Part shown: one piece after another, positions 1 through 9,955 of the stretch | How the letters are laid out: each line of letters begins with the position of its first letter | How positions within the stretch are numbered: the stretch's first letter is position 1 | DNA from: Laetmonice hystrix | Lineage: Eukaryota | NCBI GenBank assembly: GCA_965235115.1 | Contig: OZ249436.1 | Location: forward strand, 36,644,001-36,708,000 | Length of the DNA stretch: 64,000 nucleotides | Direction of reading: 5' to 3' | Program-made: the position numbers and the translations under genes | The notes under the pieces: generated by a model | Database searches by the model: none | What the model was told of the DNA's origin: nothing | The model's input: the letters and a program-made list of their open reading frames with translations, nothing else

Positions 1-177
1 CTGAAAGATTAGAATATAATATTCTTATTACTGGTAAATTACGAGAGTACACAGCAGGGCTGTTGTGTCGAGTGCGTCTCGTCACGGACGAGTGGTTACA
101 TGAGTTGTAGTGGTCAGGGTCCGAGGAGCGACTGGTCATTCTGGCCTTGTTCTCCGCTGACAAACAACGTGGTTTCT
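1..177 (+). repeat. Split direct repeat A1 (partial, runs off window start)
   Basis: Identical by eye to 4080-4256. Confidence 0.95.
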
Positions 178-188
178 GCTCCCTCAGA

Positions 189-666
189 ATGGACGAAGAA
201 CGATTTTTGCAGCTCTTGGACGCCAAGTTAGATAGTAAAATCGACGGACTAAAAAGGGAGTTGGCCGAAGAGAATAAGTCTGAAAACGCCAGACTATTGA
301 AGAAATTTAAGCCAGTACACGAATTTCGGAAGAAAGGGCACAAAGTGCAATGGGAGTTCAACACGTCCGTGAAAGACACCATAAACGAGGCGTGTAGAGC
401 AGTAGAGGTCAGTAGCAAGAGCGAGAGGCGGTAGAAGAGCGTTTTCGGCGGGGCGAGGTTTCGTTCAGGGAGGCACTGAATTTCCTTCTGCCGGAGGTCC
501 ATTTCAAGGCGGACGCGGTTTCTTCCGAGGTCAACGAGGAGCACTCGGGCGTGGCATGCAGCAGTCAGGCCAAGCGTGGCCCGGCAATTGTTTCTTGTGC
601 GGAGAAGAAGGGCATTGGAGGATTTCATGTCCAAGAAATAGGCCTAAGGCGGACGGCGCAGTGTGA
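189..666 (+). pseudogene. gag: gag-like ORF of the YR retrotransposon, disrupted near 406-434; C-terminal CCHC knuckle
   Basis: Frame 3 from ATG 189 (MDEERFLQ...FRKKGHKVQWEFN) stops at 434. Frame 1 (406-666) encodes an RGG-rich segment and CFLCGEEGHWRISC (Cx2Cx4Hx4C). Confidence 0.8.
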
Positions 667-2659
667 GCGGCATAACACGAAATATCAGGTGACGGAATGC
701 TTTTGCGCTAACTCATTGGGTTCTGGTAGCGAAGATTTGTTTGAGATAGAACTAAATCAACAAGCAGAAAAAGTAAAAGGTTCTCTTAAGAGCAAATTAG
801 ACTGGTGGAGCGCAAATATTGCGGACAGTAACGTAATTGAAATAATCAAGGACGGATATAAGATCCCTTTCATAGATTTGCCATGTTCGGTTGAACTTAA
901 AAATAACAAATCTGCTCGTGATAATATTGAATTTGTTCGAGAAGCTGTTGATGAGTTGTATAATACTGGCAGGGTGGTACTGTGTAACTCAAAGCCTAAG
1001 GTGGTGAGTCCTCTAACTGTGTCAGTCAGCAGTAAAGGTAAGAAAAGGCTGGTTCTCGACCTTAGGCACATAAACAAGGCTATTTGGCATGACAAAAGAA
1101 AATATGAAGGTATAAAGACTTTTCTCAAGTATGCGGTTAAAGATGGATATATGATTTCCTTTGATTTAAAATCAGGTTATCACCACGTGGATATTTTTGA
1201 TAAGCACCAAGAGTATCTTGGATTCGCTGTGGACTATGCAGGGGGTAAGCGCTATTACAAATTCACAGTGTTGCCATTTGGTATGGTGTCATCAGGGTCG
1301 GTGTTTACAGATGTAGTTAAGGCAATCGTTACATTTCTAAGAAAGTTAAATTGTTGTCTAGTGGCATTTTTAGATGATGGCATTTGTGTGAGTAATTCCA
1401 GGCTCGAAGCGGAGGAGCGGTCGAAGATCATCATTGCCACGTTCAGTAAAGCGGGTTTCGTTATCAACTGGGAAAAGTCACAGTTTAGACCCGTCCAACG
1501 ATTGAAATGGTTGGGTTTTATATTTGATTTGAATCAAGGCATTGTTGATGTGGATATATGCAAATTGAATAATGTCCTGGCAGAAGTGAGGTCTCTAAAA
1601 TCATCCTTTTGGCCGACAACAAGATATATGGCATCAGTAGTGGGAAAAATTACAGCATTACATCCCGCATTTGGCGACATCGTGTATGTGATGACGAAGG
1701 CAATTCAGCAGGACATTGCAGGTAGAGCGTTTTGGGATCAAAGAGGAAGTTGGTCGCAAAAAACAGTTGAGAGCTTGGAATTTTGGGAAGAGAGATTGCT
1801 TAATATGCCTAAAGTAAAGCTGTTTGAAAAGTTGACTTATACAAGGATTGTTTACTCTGATGCAAGTGACAAAGGTTGTGGCGGTTTCATCACAGACATT
1901 AACGGTTCAGAGACATTTGTTAGGTGGAGTGAAGAAGAAAAGACCAAAAGCTCCACATGGAGGGAGTTTCAAACTGTCGTGTTGTTATGTCAGGCAATGA
2001 AGGCTCAGTTGGCGGGACAAATCGTTAAATGGTATTCCGACAATATTAACGTGGCACGTGTGGCCGGCAGAGGCAGCATGGTGGAAGAGCTTCGGGAGCT
2101 GGCTCTCAGTTTTAATAAGTTTATTGTGGAGAATGACATTCACGTGGAGTTTGAATGGCTGCCACGCAGCGATAATCAGAAGGCAGACTCTATCAGCAGA
2201 TATTTCGACCACGATGATTGGTCAGTTGGTGATCACATTTTCAAGCTTGCTCAGGTCAAGTGGGGCATATGCTCTGTGGATGCATTTGCAGATCATTTGA
2301 ATGCAAAGTTATCAAGGTTCTATTCCAAGTATTGGTGTCCAGGCACCAGTGGGGTGGACGCATTTGCATTTTCATGGGCGGGTGAGCACATGTGGTTGGT
2401 GCCACCCGTGTATTTAATTCATAAGGTGATACTGAAGATAAAAAAGGACAAGTCCTCTGGAATTTTGGTTGTTCCTAAATGGTGTAGTGCTTCCTTTTGG
2501 CCTTTCTTATGTAGAAATGGCATTTATATTAGGGAGGTTGTTGACTTGATTGAGTTCAGTTATCCAACGGGGTTTTTTAACCCAGGTTCTTGTATAAAAT
2601 CTGTATTTGCTAAACGTAAATTTAATAGTTCCGTCCTCGTAGTCTTACTTAAAGGTTGA
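551..2659 (+). CDS. pol: DIRS-type reverse transcriptase + RNase H + methyltransferase-like domain
   Basis: RLVLDLR, FDLKSGYHH, LPFG, FLDD (RT); YSDAS...SSTWRE...WYSDN...NQKAD (RNase H); DAFA...NAKL.RFYS...GVDAF..SW...W.VPP...VVP.W (MT-like). Frame is open from 416; true start unknown. Confidence 0.93.
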   Translation: MACSSQAKRGPAIVSCAEKKGIGGFHVQEIGLRRTAQCERHNTKYQVTECFCANSLGSGSEDLFEIELNQQAEKVKGSLKSKLDWWSANIADSNVIEIIKDGYKIPFIDLPCSVELKNNKSARDNIEFVREAVDELYNTGRVVLCNSKPKVVSPLTVSVSSKGKKRLVLDLRHINKAIWHDKRKYEGIKTFLKYAVKDGYMISFDLKSGYHHVDIFDKHQEYLGFAVDYAGGKRYYKFTVLPFGMVSSGSVFTDVVKAIVTFLRKLNCCLVAFLDDGICVSNSRLEAEERSKIIIATFSKAGFVINWEKSQFRPVQRLKWLGFIFDLNQGIVDVDICKLNNVLAEVRSLKSSFWPTTRYMASVVGKITALHPAFGDIVYVMTKAIQQDIAGRAFWDQRGSWSQKTVESLEFWEERLLNMPKVKLFEKLTYTRIVYSDASDKGCGGFITDINGSETFVRWSEEEKTKSSTWREFQTVVLLCQAMKAQLAGQIVKWYSDNINVARVAGRGSMVEELRELALSFNKFIVENDIHVEFEWLPRSDNQKADSISRYFDHDDWSVGDHIFKLAQVKWGICSVDAFADHLNAKLSRFYSKYWCPGTSGVDAFAFSWAGEHMWLVPPVYLIHKVILKIKKDKSSGILVVPKWCSASFWPFLCRNGIYIREVVDLIEFSYPTGFFNPGSCIKSVFAKRKFNSSVLVVLLKG

Positions 2660-2846
2660 GAGTAAAGAGGCGGGACATGGTAGACCGTTTTAGGTCTTAT
2701 TGGCGTTTTCAGAGGACGCAGTGTCTACAGATGACATAGGGTGTTTACAGAAAACAATGTTTACAGATAACAATCAGCCCGTACAGAATAGGAGATGACG
2801 TTTGTATATCACCGTTAGGATAAAGACAGGTGTTGGTTAAGGTGCT

Positions 2847-3911
2847 ATGAGGAGCAAATTCCGTATTAATCTAGGTGTCTGGAGTGTCGATTTTGCAGAG
2901 GCTGCGTGCTCAGGTGTAGGAGTGTGGGCCCAGGTCAAGGAAGTGAAGGATGACAGTCTGAAGAAGCTGGCCGGGGCGCTTCCTGACGTGTTGGTGAAAA
3001 GCAAGGCGGATTCTACTGCTAAGAATTACTCGTACGCTTTCTCGAGGTGGAAAAGATGGGCGGAGCGTTTTACGGAGGTGGACGTGTTACCTGCCAAGCC
3101 ACTGTATGTGGGGCTATATGTAATGTCTGTAGCGACAAATTTAAATTCTCCATCAGGCATTGAGATGGCGATGTCCGGTATAAGTTGGATGCACAGAATT
3201 TCTGGATTGAGTGATCCTGGCAAAGACTCATTTCTTTTGGAAGTCGTAGCTTCCTTAAAACGGCAGTTAAGCGGCAGTAAAGTTCGGAAGGAAATTGTTA
3301 CTGTCGAAATGCTACAAAAGTTGTATATTTGGTGTGCCCCTTTTAATTGTTTAAAAAAGGTCAGATTACTCTGCATTGCTATCGTATCATTTGCCGGATT
3401 TTTGCGATTTGATGAGGTCAGTCGGATACAACGTAAACACATTGTTGTGGAGAGTCAGTACATGATTATTTTGTTGCCTTCAAGCAAGACTGACCAGTTA
3501 CGTGATGGTAATAAAGTTGTCATCGCCAGAACGGGCACTGATTTGTGTCCCGTTACAATCATGTTAAGTTATCTTGAGTTGGCCAACATTACTGAAGCTG
3601 ACGAATATGTTTTTCGTGCTATTGCTCCTAAGAAGGATGGTTCATACGTACTTAGGAAGGTGAATAAGCAATTGTCATACACAAGATGTAGAGAGGTATT
3701 TTTAGAAGGTTTTGCGGAGGCGGGCATTTCTGTTCAAAATCTAGGCCTCCATTCTCTTCGCTCAGGAGGGGTCTCTGCGGCAGCAAACGCAGGTCTCGCT
3801 GACAGATTGTTATTGAGGCACGGCAGGTGGAAGAGCGACAAATCCAAAGACGGTTATGTCAAAGATAATATGGAATCACTGTTGTCCGTTTCTAAGAATT
3901 TGGGTTTATAA
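2847..3911 (+). CDS. Tyrosine recombinase of the retrotransposon
   Basis: Catalytic residues present: LRFDE (R), SKTD (K), LHSLRSGG (HxxR), HGRW, DGY (Y). Confidence 0.93.
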   Translation: MRSKFRINLGVWSVDFAEAACSGVGVWAQVKEVKDDSLKKLAGALPDVLVKSKADSTAKNYSYAFSRWKRWAERFTEVDVLPAKPLYVGLYVMSVATNLNSPSGIEMAMSGISWMHRISGLSDPGKDSFLLEVVASLKRQLSGSKVRKEIVTVEMLQKLYIWCAPFNCLKKVRLLCIAIVSFAGFLRFDEVSRIQRKHIVVESQYMIILLPSSKTDQLRDGNKVVIARTGTDLCPVTIMLSYLELANITEADEYVFRAIAPKKDGSYVLRKVNKQLSYTRCREVFLEGFAEAGISVQNLGLHSLRSGGVSAAANAGLADRLLLRHGRWKSDKSKDGYVKDNMESLLSVSKNLGL

Positions 3912-3987
3912 GAAGGCAATGTGATAAAGGTTTTTCTGTCAACAAACTGTATGGTGTTTTCCTCCGTGTCTCTCGTTTTTTGTACTT

Positions 3988-4061
3988 CTGCAGCGGAAGA
4001 GGCTCACCTAAGATGAAACTTAATATGGGTTTTGTTGTTCTTGAGGGTATTGATGTTATAA
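3988..4061 (+). repeat. Split direct repeat B1
   Basis: 74 bp identical to 4625-4698. Confidence 0.95.
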
Positions 4062-4256
4062 GTTCTATTATATTCGGTTCTGAAAGATTAGAATATAATA
4101 TTCTTATTACTGGTAAATTACGAGAGTACACAGCAGGGCTGTTGTGTCGAGTGCGTCTCGTCACGGACGAGTGGTTACATGAGTTGTAGTGGTCAGGGTC
4201 CGAGGAGCGACTGGTCATTCTGGCCTTGTTCTCCGCTGACAAACAACGTGGTTTCT
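4062..4256 (+). repeat. Split direct repeat A2
   Basis: 4080-4256 identical to 1-177; directly follows B1. Confidence 0.9.
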
Positions 4257-4624
4257 TTTTCAATTAATTGATTAGTGAGAGGGCATCGGCAGAAGTTTCC
4301 TCTCCTTTCATTAAGGGAGCTTCGGATTAGAGCTCCGGCCCGCTTGACGGCGCAAGGGGTCCCTTGGGGTCTTTTTCCTACTTTTGTTACAATTTATCAA
4401 TTTTTTCGCCGGTAGGTTTTTTCACCCAAAGGCTTAATGTTGATGTTGGTTGAAATCGCTTATGGTCTAGCGATATTAATATACTGATGTTGTTTGGAAT
4501 CGTTATGGTTGGTCTAGCGACATTAATATACCGGTTTCAAGGAATTATGAAACGTACCATGAAAGCATGTTTGCTTGTATCACTGTGCCCAAAATGACAT
4601 ACAGCAATAAACAGAGGGAGCACA

Positions 4625-4698
4625 CTGCAGCGGAAGAGGCTCACCTAAGATGAAACTTAATATGGGTTTTGTTGTTCTTGAGGGTATTGATGTTATAA
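4625..4698 (+). repeat. Split direct repeat B2 (element 3' end)
   Basis: Identical to 3988-4061; ends TTATAA. Confidence 0.95.
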
Positions 4699-6514
4699 AA
4701 GTAGTTAGTGTTGCGCAAATTTTTACCGAGTGAGACTATTTCCTTTTATCAGGATGGTGGCAGTTTTAAACCACACTGTATTGAAAGACGCGGATTGATA
4801 AAGAGATTGATCTGAGAGAGATGAGGTCGGATATTTTAGGACAGCGGCCATTCAACCACCAAGATATACTTTCCACTGTAACCTTTGAGAATGTGGCACT
4901 CGCGTCAGACACTGTACTACTTCCGAACATGGATCATTTGTTTCAACTCCAGACACTCGACATCAGTAGTTTAGCACTGATTGAAGTCTCCACAAGCATA
5001 GAATAGAACATCCTTCTCTTTATTTGATGCATGAAAGGCTTTCGTCGAGATTAGATGTGACTATTAGGAATCATCCAGTGAGGGGGAAGGATTTCATCGG
5101 TGGAGGAGGATGATTGGCGACGTTCGGCACACTCACACAGTGTTGATAGACAGTGTTCATGGAGAATATTTGGAGAACACAAATAGCGTCTCTTTAGTAT
5201 AACGCATCGTTGATGTTACCAATTACATCGGTTGTTGTCAAAAGCCTGACAGAGGCCCCTCCAGGAATATAAGAGCTTTGGTTGGACACTGTTTGAAGAT
5301 GCTTTTAGCTACTCTGAAAGGAAACGAATTTATCTACTGAATTGGAACAGAATTCTTGAGTAAGCTGCACTTTAAATTCTTAGTACAGTGGACAAATTAT
5401 GTGACTTTTCAAACGGCACGTGAAGAATAGCAGAGTCAACCACACGAAAAAATTGGGAATGAAGACTTGAAAGGGAATGAAGACCACCCGTAGGGTAAAC
5501 CAATTACATTCACACTGTTTTTATTTGACGGCGCAGGAGGTCGTAATGTTGTGTGGTCCGATGAGAACGTATCATTCTTACAGGTGCGTCAAGCCGAATT
5601 TCTTGTTCGCCGTGGGTGAACCAAAAAGAAAACAAAAAACAATTTTTTCATGGATATGACAAGAAACAAACGTGCAGACTATGAGCATTAACAAGATTTG
5701 TTAAACTAGTTAGGATATCAAAAGTATAAAAACAAAATTATTTTAACTGTCATAAATTTGAAGTACCGATTTGTCTCGCGAGTGTACCCAGCGTTGACGG
5801 TTCTTTATGAAACTCAAGGTCGTAAGTAACCAGGTTGATGAGTGGGGCACAACATACTGAAAAATGGCCTAGCGTCCCTTTCTTGTTAATCAAAGGCCGC
5901 ACGTCCCGTTTTATTGTACTATAAATCTTCAATAAACCTTTCTAGATTGAATGGTATTTAGTGCAACTTTGCTTGTATCGGCACGAAAAACCGGGTTGTT
6001 CTTTCTTGAAAACCAGTATCTCACTATCCACAAGTTTTACTTCCGACCTCGTGTTTTCTCATGAGATGTTATTATCTCACACATAATGTTGTACATTCTC
6101 TGAAGTCGGCAGAATAATTAGAGTGTAAGCCCAACATAATTAACCGTTATAATGGCACTAATGAGAATACCGCGGGCCTTGGCCTCTGAAGGCCGGGTCA
6201 CCATCGACAGACTGGCTCCGTCTGAAGTGTCGTGTGGTGTCGCTACTGGTGACAGCCGCGCTGAACACGGCGTTTATTAAACAGGGCAGGGTGAATGACA
6301 CAGGGACATAACTGTACAAGCATCAACTCCAACTGGTGCTGTTATTTCACAACTGAAACATGCTAATAGGGTTTCAAGTAACGGATTACATTTGAATCAG
6401 TGAATTCAATAAGGGCCAAAGTCCACCTTCGTTTTTGTTTTGCGATTTTAGTTTGTGTGCAAGAATGTCCCAACTCCCAGCAATAAATGGGGTCATTCTT
6501 AATGTATTTGACAC

Positions 6515-6567
6515 GGTGAGTTCAAGAAGGGCCCAATTCTAGGAGTTGGGCCTTTCTTGAACTCACC
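6515..6567. repeat. Short near-perfect inverted repeat (hairpin, probable MITE remnant)
   Basis: GGTGAGTTCAAGAAGGGCCCAA...TTGGGCCTTTCTTGAACTCACC. Confidence 0.7.
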
Positions 6568-8633
6568 TTATGGACACTTTTTCTTTTGTTAAAAAAGTTA
6601 ACAAAGTTTATTTTAATGTTGACAATTGGGTATCGAGAAACTGTAAGTCTCTCATATGTTATGAGGTAAGTATCGTGTATTTATTAACAATCAGTTTCCT
6701 CCGAAACTGTTTATTTATGAATCCTGTCGTTGAATACGATTCATTAAAGGAGTAAGCTGGAATTTTGCAAAAGAGAGGGAAACCCTGTAAGTGTGTTGCG
6801 TAAATTATACATCCCCGGTTTAACGTCTGTCTTTGCAGGCTCCCCCGACTTGACGTAAGAATATGGTTGTCCTTGACATTGCTCTCAATGCTGAGAGCCT
6901 GATATCTGGTCTGAGTGAAAGATGTCAAGAAATATATCCCCACGTTCCTGCTGACTCTATCACCATCATCTAGGGGGGATATAAACCGGGTAGATCTCAG
7001 AAATTGATAAATTGATCGCCAGGAACTTTTTCTCCCATCTCAAGAGAAGGTTGTGGTGTTAGGAGGCGGTGTGTCAGAGGGAGTGGCGGCAGACGTCAGT
7101 CGGTAGGATATGGCGAGGGGTGTGGGGTCGGGCTTCATTAACGATCCACACGCTGTGCCAATACGGAGTTCATTGATGCGCACTCGGGATCATGACAGAT
7201 GACATTACACGAACTTGATGAGCACCAGCCTCCCCCCGCCCCACCCCACCCCGGCACCCCACCCCACCCCGCCATGGCGCATGGTTCAGGCACGACTATG
7301 CCGTCACTGTGCACCGCCGTCACTTTCACTAGGTGCTGGCTTCTTTTGCATATTTCATTCGGATATGATTTCCTGAGGCACGGACCTTCAAAATAATGAC
7401 GACTCTACTGGTGTGATCTAGACACGTATTGGACACGTATTTCCAACTGTTGTTCTGTAATTTACTGTAAATGATTGTCTGCGCCGTATAAAGTTACAGC
7501 ATACCAACCTCACTGCCAGATCTGAAAGCTCTCGTTTCGAGGCGTAGTCTAACCGGTTGCTACTATGACTATAATTATTTGGCTGAAACATTAATATCAC
7601 ATTTCTCTTGACAGGGGAAATAGGATTCTGAAATCGTACGAATTGTACGAACACATGGTCATACCTCAAAATTTGTATAAAATGTAAAATTTGAAGTAAA
7701 TATAAAAGTTAGGTCTAAATTCACAGACAGATTTTCAGTTACGTGTTTCAGGAGTTGTACTTGACGTTTTTTGATCGAAGCACCTGAGCTCAAAGTTGGG
7801 CAGCTCTACCTAATTACAGGAATAGGTTAAAGTTTTGAAGGTATCTTGTTATAATTTATGTCAAATACATCATGAGTGAATTTGGTAAAATCCCTCATTA
7901 ACGCGTTTCACGTCAGATACCTTAACTTTACGTCATGTGCATCAAGACCGTCATTTACGTCATGGGATTTAACCATTTCTGGCGCAATTAGAGCTGGTAG
8001 TATATAGAATTTTGGTCATCTAATGAATTATTACAAAGCAATGCAACCGGTTCCAATAAATCTGTGCTCATTTGCCATTCCTCAACTGTCAATTCAACCA
8101 TGGATAGATGGATACATTCGGGCAGGTGATAATCAAGATGGTAGGAAGGAAGATCTGTAATTAAAATTTTGATTGAAGTATACGTGGTAAAGATTCCGTC
8201 AGAAATGACGTGTTAAATCATAAATGATTTTATTGTATATACGTAAACCTTACCCCTTCCAAATTTCATAAATTAAATTATCCTTATAATGTCGAATGTC
8301 GTACGAATATATCTGAATTTCAGTAAATGATCCAGTTAAAATTCACAGAAGACGGCAGAACTGTTGTGTTTTAGAACCGAGGTGAACTTAGCGTGGCAGC
8401 AGAGCAGTGGCAGATGATGATTGTTCAAGATAGGAGATATTTTTTCGAGTGGTAGAACAGTTAGCGGTGGAAGCTGACAGAATGCGATTGACATTAGTTA
8501 CATGAAACATGTTGCACTGTGTCCTTCATCCCGGCTCCATTAGCAGCATGTTCGCTGTTATCAAAATGTCGCCTTGCATGCGCAGTCAATCAGTCAATCT
8601 GGGCTGTGCACTCAATGGCAGCTGGCCAACCCG

Positions 8634-8690
<57 letters not shown>

Positions 8691-8770
8691 TCTGCTGCTG
8701 CTACTGCTGCTGCTGCTACTGCTGCTGCTGCTGCTGCTGCTGCTTCTGCTGCTACTGCTGCTGCTGCTTC

Positions 8771-8803
<33 letters not shown>

Positions 8804-8836
8804 TTCTGCTGCTACTGCTGCTGCTGCTACTGCTGC
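8634..8836. repeat. Interrupted (CTG)n microsatellite followed by a G-run
   Basis: About 200 bp of CTG with CTA/CTT interruptions. Confidence 0.97.
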
Positions 8837-9044
8837 GGGGGGGGGGGGGGACTATGGTCTCACTCAGGTCACCCCAATCAGCCCACTTTAAATCAGACAA
8901 GTTCTAATAGTCAAACCTTTAAATCTGTTACCATCAGTCTACGTCTATCACGATTCTCTGGCCAGCCTACCCGGCCAGTCCATTGACATCAGCCTTCCCC
9001 CACCAGTCTACCCCCAACTAATTTTCCCCAATGTTTCCTCCACC

Positions 9045-9135
9045 TACAGGGTGAGTAAAAAAAAACATTCTCAAAAATAAGTGTAGTGGCACTCTGCGTC
9101 TATTTTTGAGCCTAGTTTTTTGGACTCAACCTGTA
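9045..9135. mobile_element. About 90-bp Tc1/mariner-type MITE
   Basis: TA-CAGGGTGAGT...ACTCAACCTG-TA: TIRs with TA target duplication. Confidence 0.65.
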
Positions 9136-9159
9136 TAATTTCTCTCCAACAGTTCCCAG

Positions 9160-9955
9160 TCTCCCTCCCCCTCCACCAGTCTACCCCACACCAGTCTATC
9201 CCCACTAGTTTTCCTCCACCAGGTTACACCTGCTATAATTCTCCCGACCAATTCCCCCCCCCCCACCAGTCCCCCTTCCACTAGTCCCCTCCCCCCCCCC
9301 CGCCAGTCTACCCAAGTTATAATGTTCCCTACCAGTTCCCCCCCCCCCAGGTTTACCCAAGTTATAATATTCCCTACCAGTTTCCCCCAACCAGTCCCCC
9401 CCCCAGTTTACCCAAGTTATAATATTCCCTACCAGTTTTCCCCCCCCCAGTCCCCCCCCCCCAGTTTACCCAAGTTATAATATTCCCTACCAGTTTTCCC
9501 CCAACCAGTCCCCCCTCACCAGTTTACCCCCGCTATAATGTTCCCTACCAGTCCCCCCCCCCCCCAGTTTACCCAAGTTATAATGTTCCCTACCAGTTTT
9601 CCCCCAACCAGTCCCCCCTCACCAGTTTACCCCCGCTATAATGTTCCCTACCAGTTCCCCCCCCCCCCCAGTTTACCCAAGTTATAATATTCCCTACCAG
9701 TTTCCCCCAACCAGTCCCCCCCCCCAGTTTACCCAAGTTATAATATTCCCTACCAGTTTTCCCCCAACCAGTCCCCCCCCCCCAGTTTACCCAAGTTATA
9801 ATGTTCCCTACCAGTTTTCCCCCAACCAGTCCCCCCTCACCAGTTTACCCCCGCTATAATGTTCCCTACCAGTCCCCCCCCCCCAGTTTACCCAAGTTAT
9901 AATGTTCCCTACCAGTTTTCCCCCAACCAGTTTTCCCCCATCAGTTTACCCCGCC
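9160..9955. repeat. C-rich minisatellite (unit about 45-60 bp, CCAGTTTACCCAAGTTATAAT(A/G)TTCCCTACCAG...)
   Basis: More than 12 variable tandem copies. Confidence 0.93.

Larger units (their letters stand above)
1..4698 (+). mobile_element. Tyrosine-recombinase retrotransposon (DIRS order, PAT-like, split direct repeats); 5' end lies slightly upstream of the window
   Basis: gag remnant, RT/RNaseH/methyltransferase-like ORF and tyrosine recombinase ORF. Repeat A 1-177 = 4080-4256 and repeat B 3988-4061 = 4625-4698 give the A1-ORFs-B1A2-B2 order. Confidence 0.93.

Noticed and set aside
2847..3911. Phage integrase / prophage or bacterial contamination
   Set aside because: The YR is coupled to DIRS-type RT/RNaseH and split direct repeats within intron-rich animal DNA
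8509..8986. Poly-Leu/Cys/Ala/Ser ORFs
   Set aside because: Artefacts of the CTG microsatellite, which is open in several frames
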